From: Balamuthia mandrillaris
Taxonomy: Eukaryota
Direction of reading: 5' to 3'
NCBI GenBank assembly: GCA_031835245.2
Contig: JAVKOQ020000012.1
Location: forward strand, 124,001 to 188,000
DNA length: 64,000 nt
In this document: positions 47,670-58,627 of the stretch, one piece after another
Numbering within the stretch: position 1 is the first letter of the stretch
Layout: the number at the start of each line of letters is the position of its first letter
Notes under the pieces: generated by a model
Told to the model about the DNA's origin: nothing
The model's input: only the letters and a program-made list of their open reading frames with translations
Database searches by the model: none
Program-made: the position numbers and the translations under genes

Positions 47670-48291
47670 TGCCTGGCCTCCACCGTCCCTTCCGCTCTGC
47701 CTCCGTCTCGTCCAAAAATTTATCAAATAAAACACTTCGAAGAAAAATTTGACGCCTAAAATATATTTTTTTCTGTCGACCCTTTTTGTGCAGCAGAAAC
47801 CAATACGACAGGAACAGCAATGTTCCAACATTGGCCAATGCACCCCCACCGCCCCCCACAGAACGCACCTCCTCCAGGAGCAGCAGCACCTGGAGGGGTG
47901 CAGCAGCCCACGCTCCACAAGAGCATCCTGCCGCTGCCGCTTCTGGTGGGCGGGGCGATAGCCGCAACCAGGCCTTCCTCACCGCCATATCCTGCGTTGT
48001 TGAAAGAACGGCAAGGTCGCAGGAACAGATGCACGACGCCCGCATTCAAGTGATAGACTTGGAGCTACAAGGAGACAATAAAGACTGCATGTGTGATAGT
48101 CGGATGCAGCAGGGACGATCGTCCAACCTAAATTTGAAATCAACAGACAATCTCAAAATAATCAAAAAACAAAAAAAAAAAAATACAAAGAAAATATTCT
48201 TGTAACTGTTGCTTTCAACAACACTTTACAAAACCTGAATATTCCTTCAAAGCCAAGATATCCGCCAAATCCTTTGAATCTCTTTCCTTCT

Positions 48292-51200
48292 TTATGACTT
48301 ATCGACGTGTTTGAGAACTTTCCTCGCTCGATTGCACACAGAAGGCGGCAACCCTGTTGTAGGTACAAAATAATAATATTTAAGACAAAAGAGAGAAATA
48401 AGCATTGAGCAAGCAATAAACAACCAACTGAAAACATAACAAGCAATGACGAAAAAGAAAGGCAGGATAAAGAACGAGAAGTTATTAGGGACATACCTGC
48501 CAATTCCGCGACTTGAATGCCATAAGACTTGGGGGCTACACCAGGCACTACCTTATGCAGAAACAGCACACCTCCACGCTTTCAAATCAGAAAATCAAAG
48601 GAAACATATTTTGAGTATTGTGCCGTATTAGGAAAAGGGATTGCGGAGAGAGTGAGAGCAAGAGAGCAAGAGAGCGAGAGAAAGAGAGAGAGAGAGAGAG
48701 AGATGAAACCTGTTCACTGGCAGCCAGGGTGCGACAGGATAACCGCTGTAATGTGTTCTTCAATTCAGCTAATTCAAGGTAATGTGTGGCAAACAGTGTG
48801 CGACAGTCGAGCTCATTGTGAATGTGTTCAATGACAGCCCATGCTATACTCAGACCATCCAGTGTTGATGTTCCTTAAGAAGAACAATAGATAAGAAAAA
48901 CAAAAACAAAAACAAGCAAACAAACAAAACAAACAAAAAAAAGGGTGATTTCTTTACCTCTTCCAATTTCATCCATGATTACCAATGAACGAGGAGTGGC
49001 ATGCTTTAAAATCAATGATGTCTCGATCATCTCGTTCATGAAAGTGCTTCTGTCCCTTGCCAAATCATCCGAAGCTCCTACCTGCGGCAACAGCATAAGG
49101 AAAAATAGAAGGAAAAAAACAAAAGAAAAAATAAGCAAGAACTTACTCGGCTGAATACACTATCCACAATGCCGATTTGAGCACTTTGGGCAGGCACAAA
49201 AGAACCCATCTGTGCCATTATGGTTATAAGAGCGTTTTGTCGCAGAAATGTACTCTTGCCTCCCATATTAGGCCTTTGTGTATAATTACATTCGTTACTC
49301 TAGCGCTCATCAGGAAACAAAATGCAATGGTACAAACCCAGTGAGTAACCAAAGATTACTGTTGGAATTCAAATCGCAATCATTGGGAGTAAAAGAGGAG
49401 GCTTGTTCTTGTCTTTGAGCAGCTTCCACGATTGGATGACGTCCTCCAACAATCTTTAATGTTGGCCTTTTAACAGAATGGTGAACAAGCTAAGAGGAAA
49501 AAGACAGATTGGAAAAGGCACATACTCTTCAGATAGTGAAGGTCGAACATAGTTGTACTCGTTTGCAAGGGCAGCAAGAGAGGAAGAAACATCAAGTTGT
49601 GCCAATGCTGCCGATGTCGTCCTTATTGTATCTGCTGTTGTTAATGTCTTCAATCAAAGTAAGTTTAAACCAGGCTTCAAACGTTTTAAGAATTCAAATA
49701 AGGTCACCTGAAGGCACAACTCTTCAAAAAGCCTCATCTCCAATTGAAGGGCATCGTTAGCAGCTGTTTTGACGCGACTCTCCAACTCCGTGAGTTCCTT
49801 TTCAATCGAGGAAATTGGCAGTTGGTGGAAGAAAAAAAAGAATAGAAAGAGAAAACAGAAAACAGAAAAGAGAAGCGACAAAGGAGAACGGGTAACTGAA
49901 GTAATGACGTACATCAGTTTTATAGCGAGAAACGTTGGCTGCAGTCAATGTCTGGCAATGAGCGAAATGAGTCTTAGACTTTTCCAGCTTTGATGCTTCG
50001 GCAATGGGAACCTCTACAAAATGCCCAATAATGTTGTTGCTCTTAACTTTTAGCTTTGGAATGCCTATTCTCATATCAGAAAAAAAAGTTCAGAAGTAAA
50101 GTAAGAGAAAAATGTTATGGTTAAATCAGAAAAAATGAACCTAGGTCGATCCGGTATTGTTGTTGCAGAGATTTAAGGGTATGCGTTCCTGAATCGCGTA
50201 GCTTTCTTATCTCATCCAACTCAGCAGAAAAGCTGTATCAGGGAGAGAAACAGAGACAGAGACAGCGGGAGAGCAGAACTTTATGAGGGCATGCAACCAA
50301 AAATAGCAATAGAAAATAGAAAAACTGCAACGTAAAAGGAAACGAGGCAGTAGAAACAGATGTAATGGGAAATAAAAAAAACAGACAAAACAGAAAAAAA
50401 AGAAAAGGAAGAAAAAAAAAAAAAAAAAAAAAAAAACGAGAATCGAAGGCGTACCCTGGAGCAATAAACTCTCCATTGGAGAACACACTTGGAATGTCAG
50501 CTACTAACGCTTTGCTCAACAGAGCAACAAGGTTCTCATGAGAAGACGGACAGAGAGCTCTCTCCGCATGTTTACTCTGAAGATGGTGAGGCAAATCTGC
50601 GCCATATGGCTTTGAACAAAGCAGCTGTCTAATGACGCGAGCTTGTTGAAGGGTGGAGGCGATGGCAGCAAGGTCGCGAGGGCTGCCTTTAGCGAGAGAT
50701 ATTCGTTGTAGACAACGCTCCATGTCGTAACATTCTTTTAACAGTTCTTGCAGCTGTTGATGGTGATAAGAAACTAGGGATGAGAGAGGAGGTAGGAAGG
50801 AAACCTTTTTGATGAGTTTAGGTCGAAGAACGAAAAAGTCGACAGTGTCAAGCCGTTCGTTAATCTCCTGGATGTCTAGCAACGGGCTGTCTACAGGAAG
50901 GTTAGCATTATATGAGAGAGAGAGAGAGTAAGATGTACTTAATTGAGAAGCCAAAAGGCGTGCACCGCTTGGCGTGACAGTTTTGTCCATGATAGCGAGC
51001 AAACTACCTTTCCGTTCTCCCTCTACATATAAAGCGTTAAAAGACGTGAAAGATAAACATTTCGAGTTGATTTGATTACCCAAAAGTGAGCGAGTGAGTT
51101 CCAATGAGCGACGAGTGTGAGGATCAATGGCCATCGTACTTGCAGAGCTAAAATGAGACGGCAAGGACATATTTTGAGGCAGCCTGCCCTTCTGTGTTTC

Positions 51201-52734
51201 CTGGACGTAGTACAACAACGCACCAGCAGCATTAACTTCCAGCTGTTTAACAGAAAGGAGTGTTAATCGAGAGAACAAAAAAAAAAAAACCGAACTAAAC
51301 ACAAAACAAATGAAATCATTAGCATACATCAGAAAAGGCTGAAAGAATCTGTTTTGCTTGTGTATGTTTATCGCTGTAGGCTTTCTTGAAGAGATCTTTA
51401 GATGTCTTCTCAGAAAACGCAGATGAGGGCAATGGTGTGGTATGATACAGCTTGAACATGTTCTTCAGTTTATCTCCGTTTTTAGTATCGTGGAACAAGT
51501 TTTCTTCGACCAACAATTCTCCAGGTAATAACCTTGCAAGATCCATTTCGAGCACAGACTCTGTGAGTTGCCAAAGTGTTTTTTTTTCCGTTAGCACACA
51601 CAAGGAATAGTAGAAGTAATAATACCTACCATAGGTTGTGGATACAGTAAAATCGCCTGTGGAAAGATCCAACCAAGCGAGAGCAAGAGTGTCATTGTCT
51701 GGATTTCTGGCTATCGAAACAAGGTAGTTGTGTTGTCTTGGTTGAAGGAATCTATCTTCCACTAAGGTACCGGGCGTCACTCTAAACTCCAAACAACAAG
51801 TAACAACGAGCAAAACAAATTAAGAAATCGAGAAAGAATAAAAATGAGAAATCGAGAGCAGGCATATTGCGTACAGGCGAGTTACTTCACGCTTCACAAC
51901 AGACTTGCGTTTCTTTGCAGAGGCCACGTCTTCGGTTTGATCACACACAGCCACCTATTTTGTGGTGTTAACCATGAGCATTGAATCCAACCTATCATTT
52001 ATAGCAGATATTCTGTGCAAACCATGACTCCTTTCTTGATGAACTTCTCCAAATACGTGTCTAGCGCGTGGTAAGGAATGCCACACATTGGAATGCCAGA
52101 GGTCTTATCTCTCTTTGTCAGCTTTTTTAACAAATGGAGAGTGTTCGCAGTATCAAAGAAGTGTAAACGACAAAAGAGAAGAGTAGAGAAGGAATGAGTG
52201 AAAGAAAGCAAGGTGGAAAAGAGAACGAAACAAGAGGAAACGAGAGAAATGAAAAGCGTGAAGTACAGTGATATCCAACAAGGCGGAGGCTTTGACGGCA
52301 TCCTCGTAGAACATCTCGTAAAAGTCGCCAATGCGAAACAACAAAAGGAAGCCCGGGTTCTCTTGTTTCACTTTGAAGTACTGTGCCATGGCAGGAGTGA
52401 CCCGTTTCTTCGTTGCTGAGCTGCTTCTTTGTTTTCCTCCTTTCACTCCCACCTCCCCTTCCTCCTCGCCTTCTTCTTCTCTATCTTCTCCTTCTCCTTC
52501 TTCTTCTTCTTCTTCATACTTCACTTTCTTTGCGTCACGAAAAAGGGCAGTGGAGTGAAGATGATGCCGTTGAGGTAGGGCCGAGCCGAGCGTGAAGCGC
52601 CCAGCACTCACAGCAGCGCTCCTGCGAGTGCTCCCCCAACCACGAGGCAACAACGCCACACCCGACCTCCTTGGGGCACACGGGGCCGCCACGAACCACC
52701 ACCCTTGGGGCCACGCTCTGCGCGGAGTGAGCAT
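48292..52734 (-). CDS. DNA mismatch repair MutS protein, bacterial MutS1/fungal MSH1-like, predicted mitochondrial
   Basis: [90 protein letters not shown]; Arg-rich presequence. Confidence 0.95.
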
Positions 52735-52784
52735 CGTTTTCACTACTTTCTTTTTGTTTTTTTTTTTTTTTTGTTTGTTTGCTG

Positions 52785-53690
52785 CTACGCGATTTCGAAA
52801 AAAAGGACCAATGGCATGATGGCTTTTTGAAAAAATTCCAGGAAAAAATGTCTACAAAAACTATCTTTTTTTTTTTTATTCGTCACCGCGGAACAGAGAG
52901 CAGCGATGCTTGCGGAGGCGTTCTTTTTTGCGGTTCTGCTTTCCGTTTCTTCTTCCCCCGTTTTTGTTGTTGTTGTGGCCATCAGAGAATTGTTTGCTTG
53001 CCTCTTTGCCGATGTCCCGATGCACTGCCGTTGGTGACCTTGTTCTGGTTGGCATGCTTCATGCTTTAGACGAGCAGCGATGGCACAGAAAGCCTCATGA
53101 AAACGAGGTTCTTTGGAGAGCCTTTCCACGAAGGCCACGGAGCGATGCCTTCCTCTTTGACAACCGAATCCAAACGCCATAATGAGGTGCCTATCCTCCT
53201 CCTCCTCTCCATCATCATCTCCTTCTTCTTCATCCTCTTCGCCTTCTTCACGATCTTCTTCTTCATCATCATATTTCACTTCTCCTCCTTCTCCTCCTCC
53301 TCCTTCTTCTTCTTCTTCTTCTTCTTCTTCTTCTTTTGCGTTTGTTGTAGCGTCTTCGTCTGCTTCTTGGTTGTGCAGCATCATGAAGCGTTCAATGTGT
53401 TGGCAAATGGTATGTACATGTTCTTCATACAAGTTTTGGGTCTTCTTGAACGCAAACACTTCTTTCTGCAAATCTTTGTCCAAACCAGTCAGCCTGTAAC
53501 GCATGAGAATCAGAAAGCTCAACCCTTTTTTTTTTTAAAAAAAAAAGACGTACTACCGCTTAAGCATGGAAGACGGAGGATTTTCCAAGCCCCTCAAGTT
53601 AAACCTTTGCACAACGCGCGGAGGCGGCGCTCCCCATCGGAACCCAAAAGAGATGCACCGCACCTCCAAAACTCCTCCCGCTTCTTCCAT
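52785..53690 (-). CDS. Stand-alone RapZ C-terminal-domain-like protein (3' end uncertain)
   Basis: [30 protein letters not shown] and [19 protein letters not shown] match the SFGF..D.R.LPNP..LTG.D..IGCTGG.HRSV pattern; acidic insert. Confidence 0.75.
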
Positions 53691-53862
53691 TTTTTCTGCG
53701 GACGGTTTTCTTCCGTTTTCATTTCTGACATACGTCAGACAAATCTATCTGAAGTGCTGCTGACGTCGTTTTTTCACTATATTAGGAAATATATGACGTA
53801 AATAACGATTTGGAATCAAAGAGCAGGAAAAAGGGTGCAAAAGATTACACTACACGAAGCAG

Positions 53863-55266
53863 ATGGCAGACAACACGGCAGCGCGGTCAGCAAAGGAGAA
53901 AGAGAAGGAGGCAACGACACGGGCTTTGGAGATGGCAGAAAATGTTGCTGGGGACAGCACCACAGCGACTGCCGAAGGAACGCTGATAGATCAAGAACCA
54001 GCACAAGAGGTGGAAGATCAGCAAAGCAACGAATTGGACGCCCAAAGCCGGAAGAGGAGAAGCACTGAGGTTGAAGAGGCCGTAACGACGGATGCCTCAT
54101 TGAAGAAACGAAAAGAAAAGGACTCGGGTGAGGTGCGAAACAACGTTGACGAACAAAGCGGCAGTACGCAAAGCGAAGACAAGGATGACACAGCCAAAAA
54201 AATGAAAGAGCAAAATGAAAACGGTTTGGAAGGTGAACACAAAACCACACATTCTTCTTCTTCTTCTACTTTTTCCTCCTCCTCCTCCTCCTCCACTACC
54301 ACAAAGCGAGGTGAAGCCCAAAAAGCAGATGGGTTGCTCCCGCTTCCAAAGCTAGCAAAGACCCAAGGCGGCCTTTTGCCCTTGCCTTTTGCTCTTCCCT
54401 CCACTTCCTCCGCTTTCTCTTCTCCTCTGGGCCAACGCCATTCTCACATGCCTGTTGTTGGTCCTTTTCCTCCTTCCTCCGCCTCTTCCTCCTTTGCTGG
54501 TCTTTTACCAACCCCATCAACTCTTTCTTCAAAAACCACTTCGCCGTCTCCCAGTTTATTGCCCTCTCCACCATTCATTGTTGCAACAGCAAAGAACAAC
54601 AGTGGTATTAATGGTATTATCAGTCCTTCTCCCTCACTTCTTCCTCTTCCTTCTTCACAAGTGAAACAAAAACAATCAGCATCACCGCCAAGGAACGGGG
54701 GTCTCCTTCCAGCACCTCCTCTTCCACTTGCTTCTCCATCTCCATCTATCACGCTCCCTCCGAAGCAACCTCTATTGGGTTCTTCTCCCTCTTTTTCATC
54801 ACCTGTTCCTTCTTCCTTTGGAACTGGTTCCTCCTCTCTTCTCATGACCTCAACACCAACGACGCCCACAACTGCCACAATGAAAACACCTGTTTCGCCT
54901 TTTGCTTATCCTTCACCGTTGTCCTATAACAGTAATACTACGATATCACCTTTACAGTCTTCCTTATCGACATCTACAATGCAACCATTCGCTTCTCCTC
55001 TAGCCGTTGCTGCTTCAACCTCCGTTGCTGCCTCCTCTCCCTCTTCTTCCTCATCATATTTTAGTTCTGTCTATCCTCCCTATCCTTATCAGTATTATCA
55101 GAATTATTATCAGCAGCAACCACCGCAGCAAAGCTACAATCCATACATGGCTTATAATAGCTCCTCGCCGCAACCGCAAACACCAACGCAACCACAACTA
55201 TCCGCCATGTATCCATCTGCATCAACTGCCGCTATGACCATATCACAACTTTATTATCCTCACTGA
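53863..55266 (+). CDS. Low-complexity Ser/Pro-rich protein of unknown function
   Basis: 467-aa ORF; charged N-terminus with NLS-like RKRR/KKRK; repeated (G)LLP.P motifs; Y/Q-rich tail. Confidence 0.6.
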   Translation: MADNTAARSAKEKEKEATTRALEMAENVAGDSTTATAEGTLIDQEPAQEVEDQQSNELDAQSRKRRSTEVEEAVTTDASLKKRKEKDSGEVRNNVDEQSGSTQSEDKDDTAKKMKEQNENGLEGEHKTTHSSSSSTFSSSSSSSTTTKRGEAQKADGLLPLPKLAKTQGGLLPLPFALPSTSSAFSSPLGQRHSHMPVVGPFPPSSASSSFAGLLPTPSTLSSKTTSPSPSLLPSPPFIVATAKNNSGINGIISPSPSLLPLPSSQVKQKQSASPPRNGGLLPAPPLPLASPSPSITLPPKQPLLGSSPSFSSPVPSSFGTGSSSLLMTSTPTTPTTATMKTPVSPFAYPSPLSYNSNTTISPLQSSLSTSTMQPFASPLAVAASTSVAASSPSSSSSYFSSVYPPYPYQYYQNYYQQQPPQQSYNPYMAYNSSSPQPQTPTQPQLSAMYPSASTAAMTISQLYYPH

Positions 55267-55418
55267 TCAACTCTTTGGAAGTTGAGGTACTGCTGTATGT
55301 AAGTCACTTTCTTTTTAATACAAACGTTTTGTCGATTCTCTTTCTTTCTCCTATCTTCTTTGCTTCTTTGGTTACATGTTTCCTCCTTACCACCCTTTTG
55401 TTTCTTACGTTAGGCTTC

Positions 55419-56307
55419 TCAAGCAAAGAGTTTAAGACCTTGAATAATATCTGGATTCTTCATGGCTCCTTCTTTGTACTCCGCCAAGGAGATCCTGCCA
55501 GTGCCGCTGGCATCCATTTGCTCAAAGAACTCATCCACCAGTTGATCGTGCGACTCGAACTTTTTGCCAGAGAAGGTGACCACATCCCCGCCAACCACCT
55601 CCACGAAGGACTTCATGATCTGGCTCATCTCTGGCTTGCTGATGTAGCCATCTCCATCCAGGTCGTACACACGGAAAGCAACTTTTTTTAGAGGGTGGTT
55701 TAGAAAATGCAAGAAAACCGAAAAAGAAAAAGGCAACACCAAGAGAAGAAGAGGAAGAAAAAGAAGAAGAAGAAGAAGAACAAGAAGAAGAACAAGAAGA
55801 AGAAGAAGAAGAAGAAGAAGAAGAAGAAGAACAAGAACAAGAACAAGAACAAAAGTAACGAGAGAGAAAAGGAACATTCAAGTTTCTGGTCTGCGGTGCC
55901 ACGTGTAATGACAGAAAGGGCGCAGACAAACTCTCCAAAGTCGATAACGCCGTCTCGCTTTCCATCGAACACCCGAAAGATAAGGTCCTGCAGAAAAGAG
56001 TCGGTCACGCCCATCCGTTCCAGCACGGGACGGAAGCTATTCCTCGGAATGACGCCCTCTGGTGCCTCTGTGATGAACTGCTTATGAACGTTCAACAACT
56101 CTGCGTAGTCAACTAGGTTTTCATATTTTGTTAAAAAGTGAATGAAATAAAGGTGGAAGAGAAGAAGAAGACACAGATGGGCAACGAGGGACGCAAAGTA
56201 CAGTGAGTCATTTTGGCAAGAGTTTCCAGTTCATTCTTTTTGTTGCTTTTCACCTGCGTGCTCTTCCTCGAACCCTTGGCGCCTTCTTTGGTGATTTCGT
56301 TTCCCAT
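55419..56307 (-). CDS. Neuronal calcium sensor/frequenin-like myristoylated EF-hand protein
   Basis: MGNEITK; APEG; FRVFDGKRDGVIDFGEFVCALSVITRG...KLE/FAFRVYDLDGDGYISKPEM; FEQMDASGTGRISLAEY..GAMKNP.IIQGL. Confidence 0.92.
55745..55852. repeat. AAG/AAGAAC microsatellite, intronic
   Basis: Directly visible. Confidence 0.9.
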
Positions 56308-56460
56308 ATTTCGTGCTACCTCTTTCCCGTTTCTGTTTTGTTGCAAAACCTTCCCCACAGAAGCTGCTTTCTTTCTGATACCCTTCCCTCCTCTCTCCCT
56401 TTACGCTTGGTTTTTTTTTTTTTTTGTGTTTTTATTGATCGTGTCGTTTGGACGAACAAC

Positions 56461-56541
56461 AAAGAATGCAAGTAATTCCATGCATATGATGAATTCAGGT
56501 TATTCAAAGAATCCGATGAATGCAAGTTATTCCAAGAATTC
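56461..56541. repeat. Three imperfect 27-bp tandem units in a divergent promoter
   Basis: AAAGAATGCAAGTAATTCCATGCATAT / GATGAATTCAGGTTATTCAAAGAATCC / GATGAATGCAAGTTATTCCAAGAATTC. Confidence 0.8.
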
Positions 56542-56695
56542 TACCGTAACGATAATCGCGTGCGTTGTCGTCATCGACAGAAACTTCGAACCACGTTTAT
56601 CATTAATAAAGAAGAAAGAAGGAAGGAAAACTATCTTCTTCGTCACTTCATTCTTCTATAATCCTTGGCACGTTGTTTGAGACCAAAAAAACAAC

Positions 56696-57360
56696 ATGGC
56701 GATGGAAGAGGTGCACACGACGGATCTGGAGAAGAGCTCCTCCGCAGGGCTCGTGTTCAACTTTGACGCGCAAGACGGCGAAAGCGAGAGCACCGGGCGG
56801 AAGGAGACCGCAGCAACGGCGGTGATAGCCAGCAGCAAGGACCGCCCAGAAACGTTCAGCGAGAGAATCTCTCGGTTCCTGGGATGGTTTTTGTCCACCA
56901 AGATACAAACCAGTTTCGTTTGTTACCCTCCGAGTCGTTACTTTTTTTTGTCCGGGTGAGTGCTGAGTTCTCACTCCTACTATTCTTTTACTTCACAGCA
57001 TTGGCCTACTGTGTTAGCTTCTTTGCGCTGGGCATGATGCTTGCTGAGATAGGTCCTGCCTTGCTGGCTCTCTCTCGTAACACTGATACTTCTGTGAGTA
57101 GTCTCCCTTTTTACTCTCTGATCCTTTCTTTGTTCATAATATCCTCACCGACAAAAAAAAGTTGGGCACCATGGGTTACATTTTCGCAGCTAGGAGCTGT
57201 GGTTACTTTGTGGGCTCCATGTTTGGCGGGCCCCTGTTTGATCGTCTGAACGGCAATCGACTTCTAGCTACTTCGCTCGCTCTTACTGCTATCGGTAACG
57301 CTTCCTTCTTCATTTCTTTCACAAGAGAAAGAGTGGGAGAGAGGAGAGAGGAGAGAGGAG

Positions 57361-57403
<43 letters not shown>

Positions 57404-58609
57404 AAGGAACGAGCAAAGAATGCTCATCCAGTTTTTTAAAAAACCAAAAGGTAATGCTATGATTCCAGTGGTCTCCAACGTGTGGCTCCTGGCATTGCTA
57501 GTAACCAGCATTGGAGTCAGTATGGGCCTTCTCGACACTGGCGGCAACGTCAGCATGATCTGGCTTCACGGAGAGCAAGTGGGTCCTTACATGCAAGCCA
57601 TGCACTTCAGCTTTGGCGTGGGCGCTCTGGTCTCTCCCATAGCAGTGGGCAAGGCCCAGGACCTGGACGCAGAGGGTGATCCCGCCTGGGCTTTTTGGGG
57701 GATGAGCGCCATCACCGCCTTGATCCCCATTTGGTTGGTGGCCCTGGGTAAAGCCCCTGCAAGGGAGAAGATGGAGGGGGAGGAGACTGGAGCCGTCTCC
57801 GTGAGCCAAAAGTGCATCGTGGGGCTGGTGTCCCTGTGGATGCTGTTGTACGTGGGAGCAGAGGTTGGGGCTGGAGGATACATTTACACGTTTGCAGTGG
57901 AGCGGAAGCTGGCGAATACCACCACTGCAGCATATTTGACATCGGTGTTTTGGGCGGCATTGACTATTGGGCGGTTGTTGTCCATTCCCATCTCGCTTTA
58001 CTTCTCTGCGGCGCAAATGTTGGGCATGTTGATGGCTGGTACCCTTTTCCTCCCTATTCTTTTAATCTTTTTTGTTCTTTTCTTTTCTTTCTTCGTGTTT
58101 TTTTTTTCTAACGCTTTCGTTCTTCGCAAGGCTGTACCTTTAGCAATCTGTTGTGGTTGCTATTCGCGGATTCACAAGAAGTGCTCTGGATCGCAGTCTT
58201 TCTCTATGGCCTCTCCATGTCATCTTCCTTTCCGACAGCCATCAACTTGGCTGAGACCTACATGAAGCTAACGGGAAGAGTGACCAGCTTGATCGTAATG
58301 GGAGCGTGCTTTGGAGAAATGATTATCCCGCTGCTCATCGCGAAGCTGCTGGAAGATGCAGGCACCATCTTTCTTGTTTGGGTTCTCCTCTTTTGTTCTG
58401 TGTTTGGCTTCGTCACTTTTGCAACAATTTACTTGATTGGCTCAAGGATTGTCTTGAGAAACAAGAGTTCCTCTGTCAAGAAACAGAAGAAGGCAAAGAA
58501 GAAAGGAGAAGGTTACATCATTGCGGGCATGTCATCGGATGAAGATGACGACGAGAAGGATGTTGATGAGGAACAAACCGAAATGACTGAATTCAAAACC
58601 AGTGAATGA
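56696..58609 (+). CDS. MFS transporter, MFSD4/fucose-permease-like
   Basis: GPALLAL, GGPLFDR, GLLDTGGNV, PYMQAMHFSFGVGALVSP, LYVGAEVGAGGYIYTFA, FWAALTIGRLL, GACFGEMIIP. Confidence 0.9.
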
Positions 58610-58627
58610 AAGTTTGTTTCACTATTT

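Noticed and set aside
47749..48205. GC-rich patch with overlapping short ORFs between the oxygenase and MutS genes
   Set aside because: No recognisable domain or consistent frame; may be a gene fragment but is unsupported
58039..58130. MFS intron starting GTACCCTTT with TTTCTAAC near the 3' end, a possible GT-AG U12 intron
   Set aside because: Mismatch at the highly conserved +4 T and a weak branch site; compatible with an ordinary U2 intron
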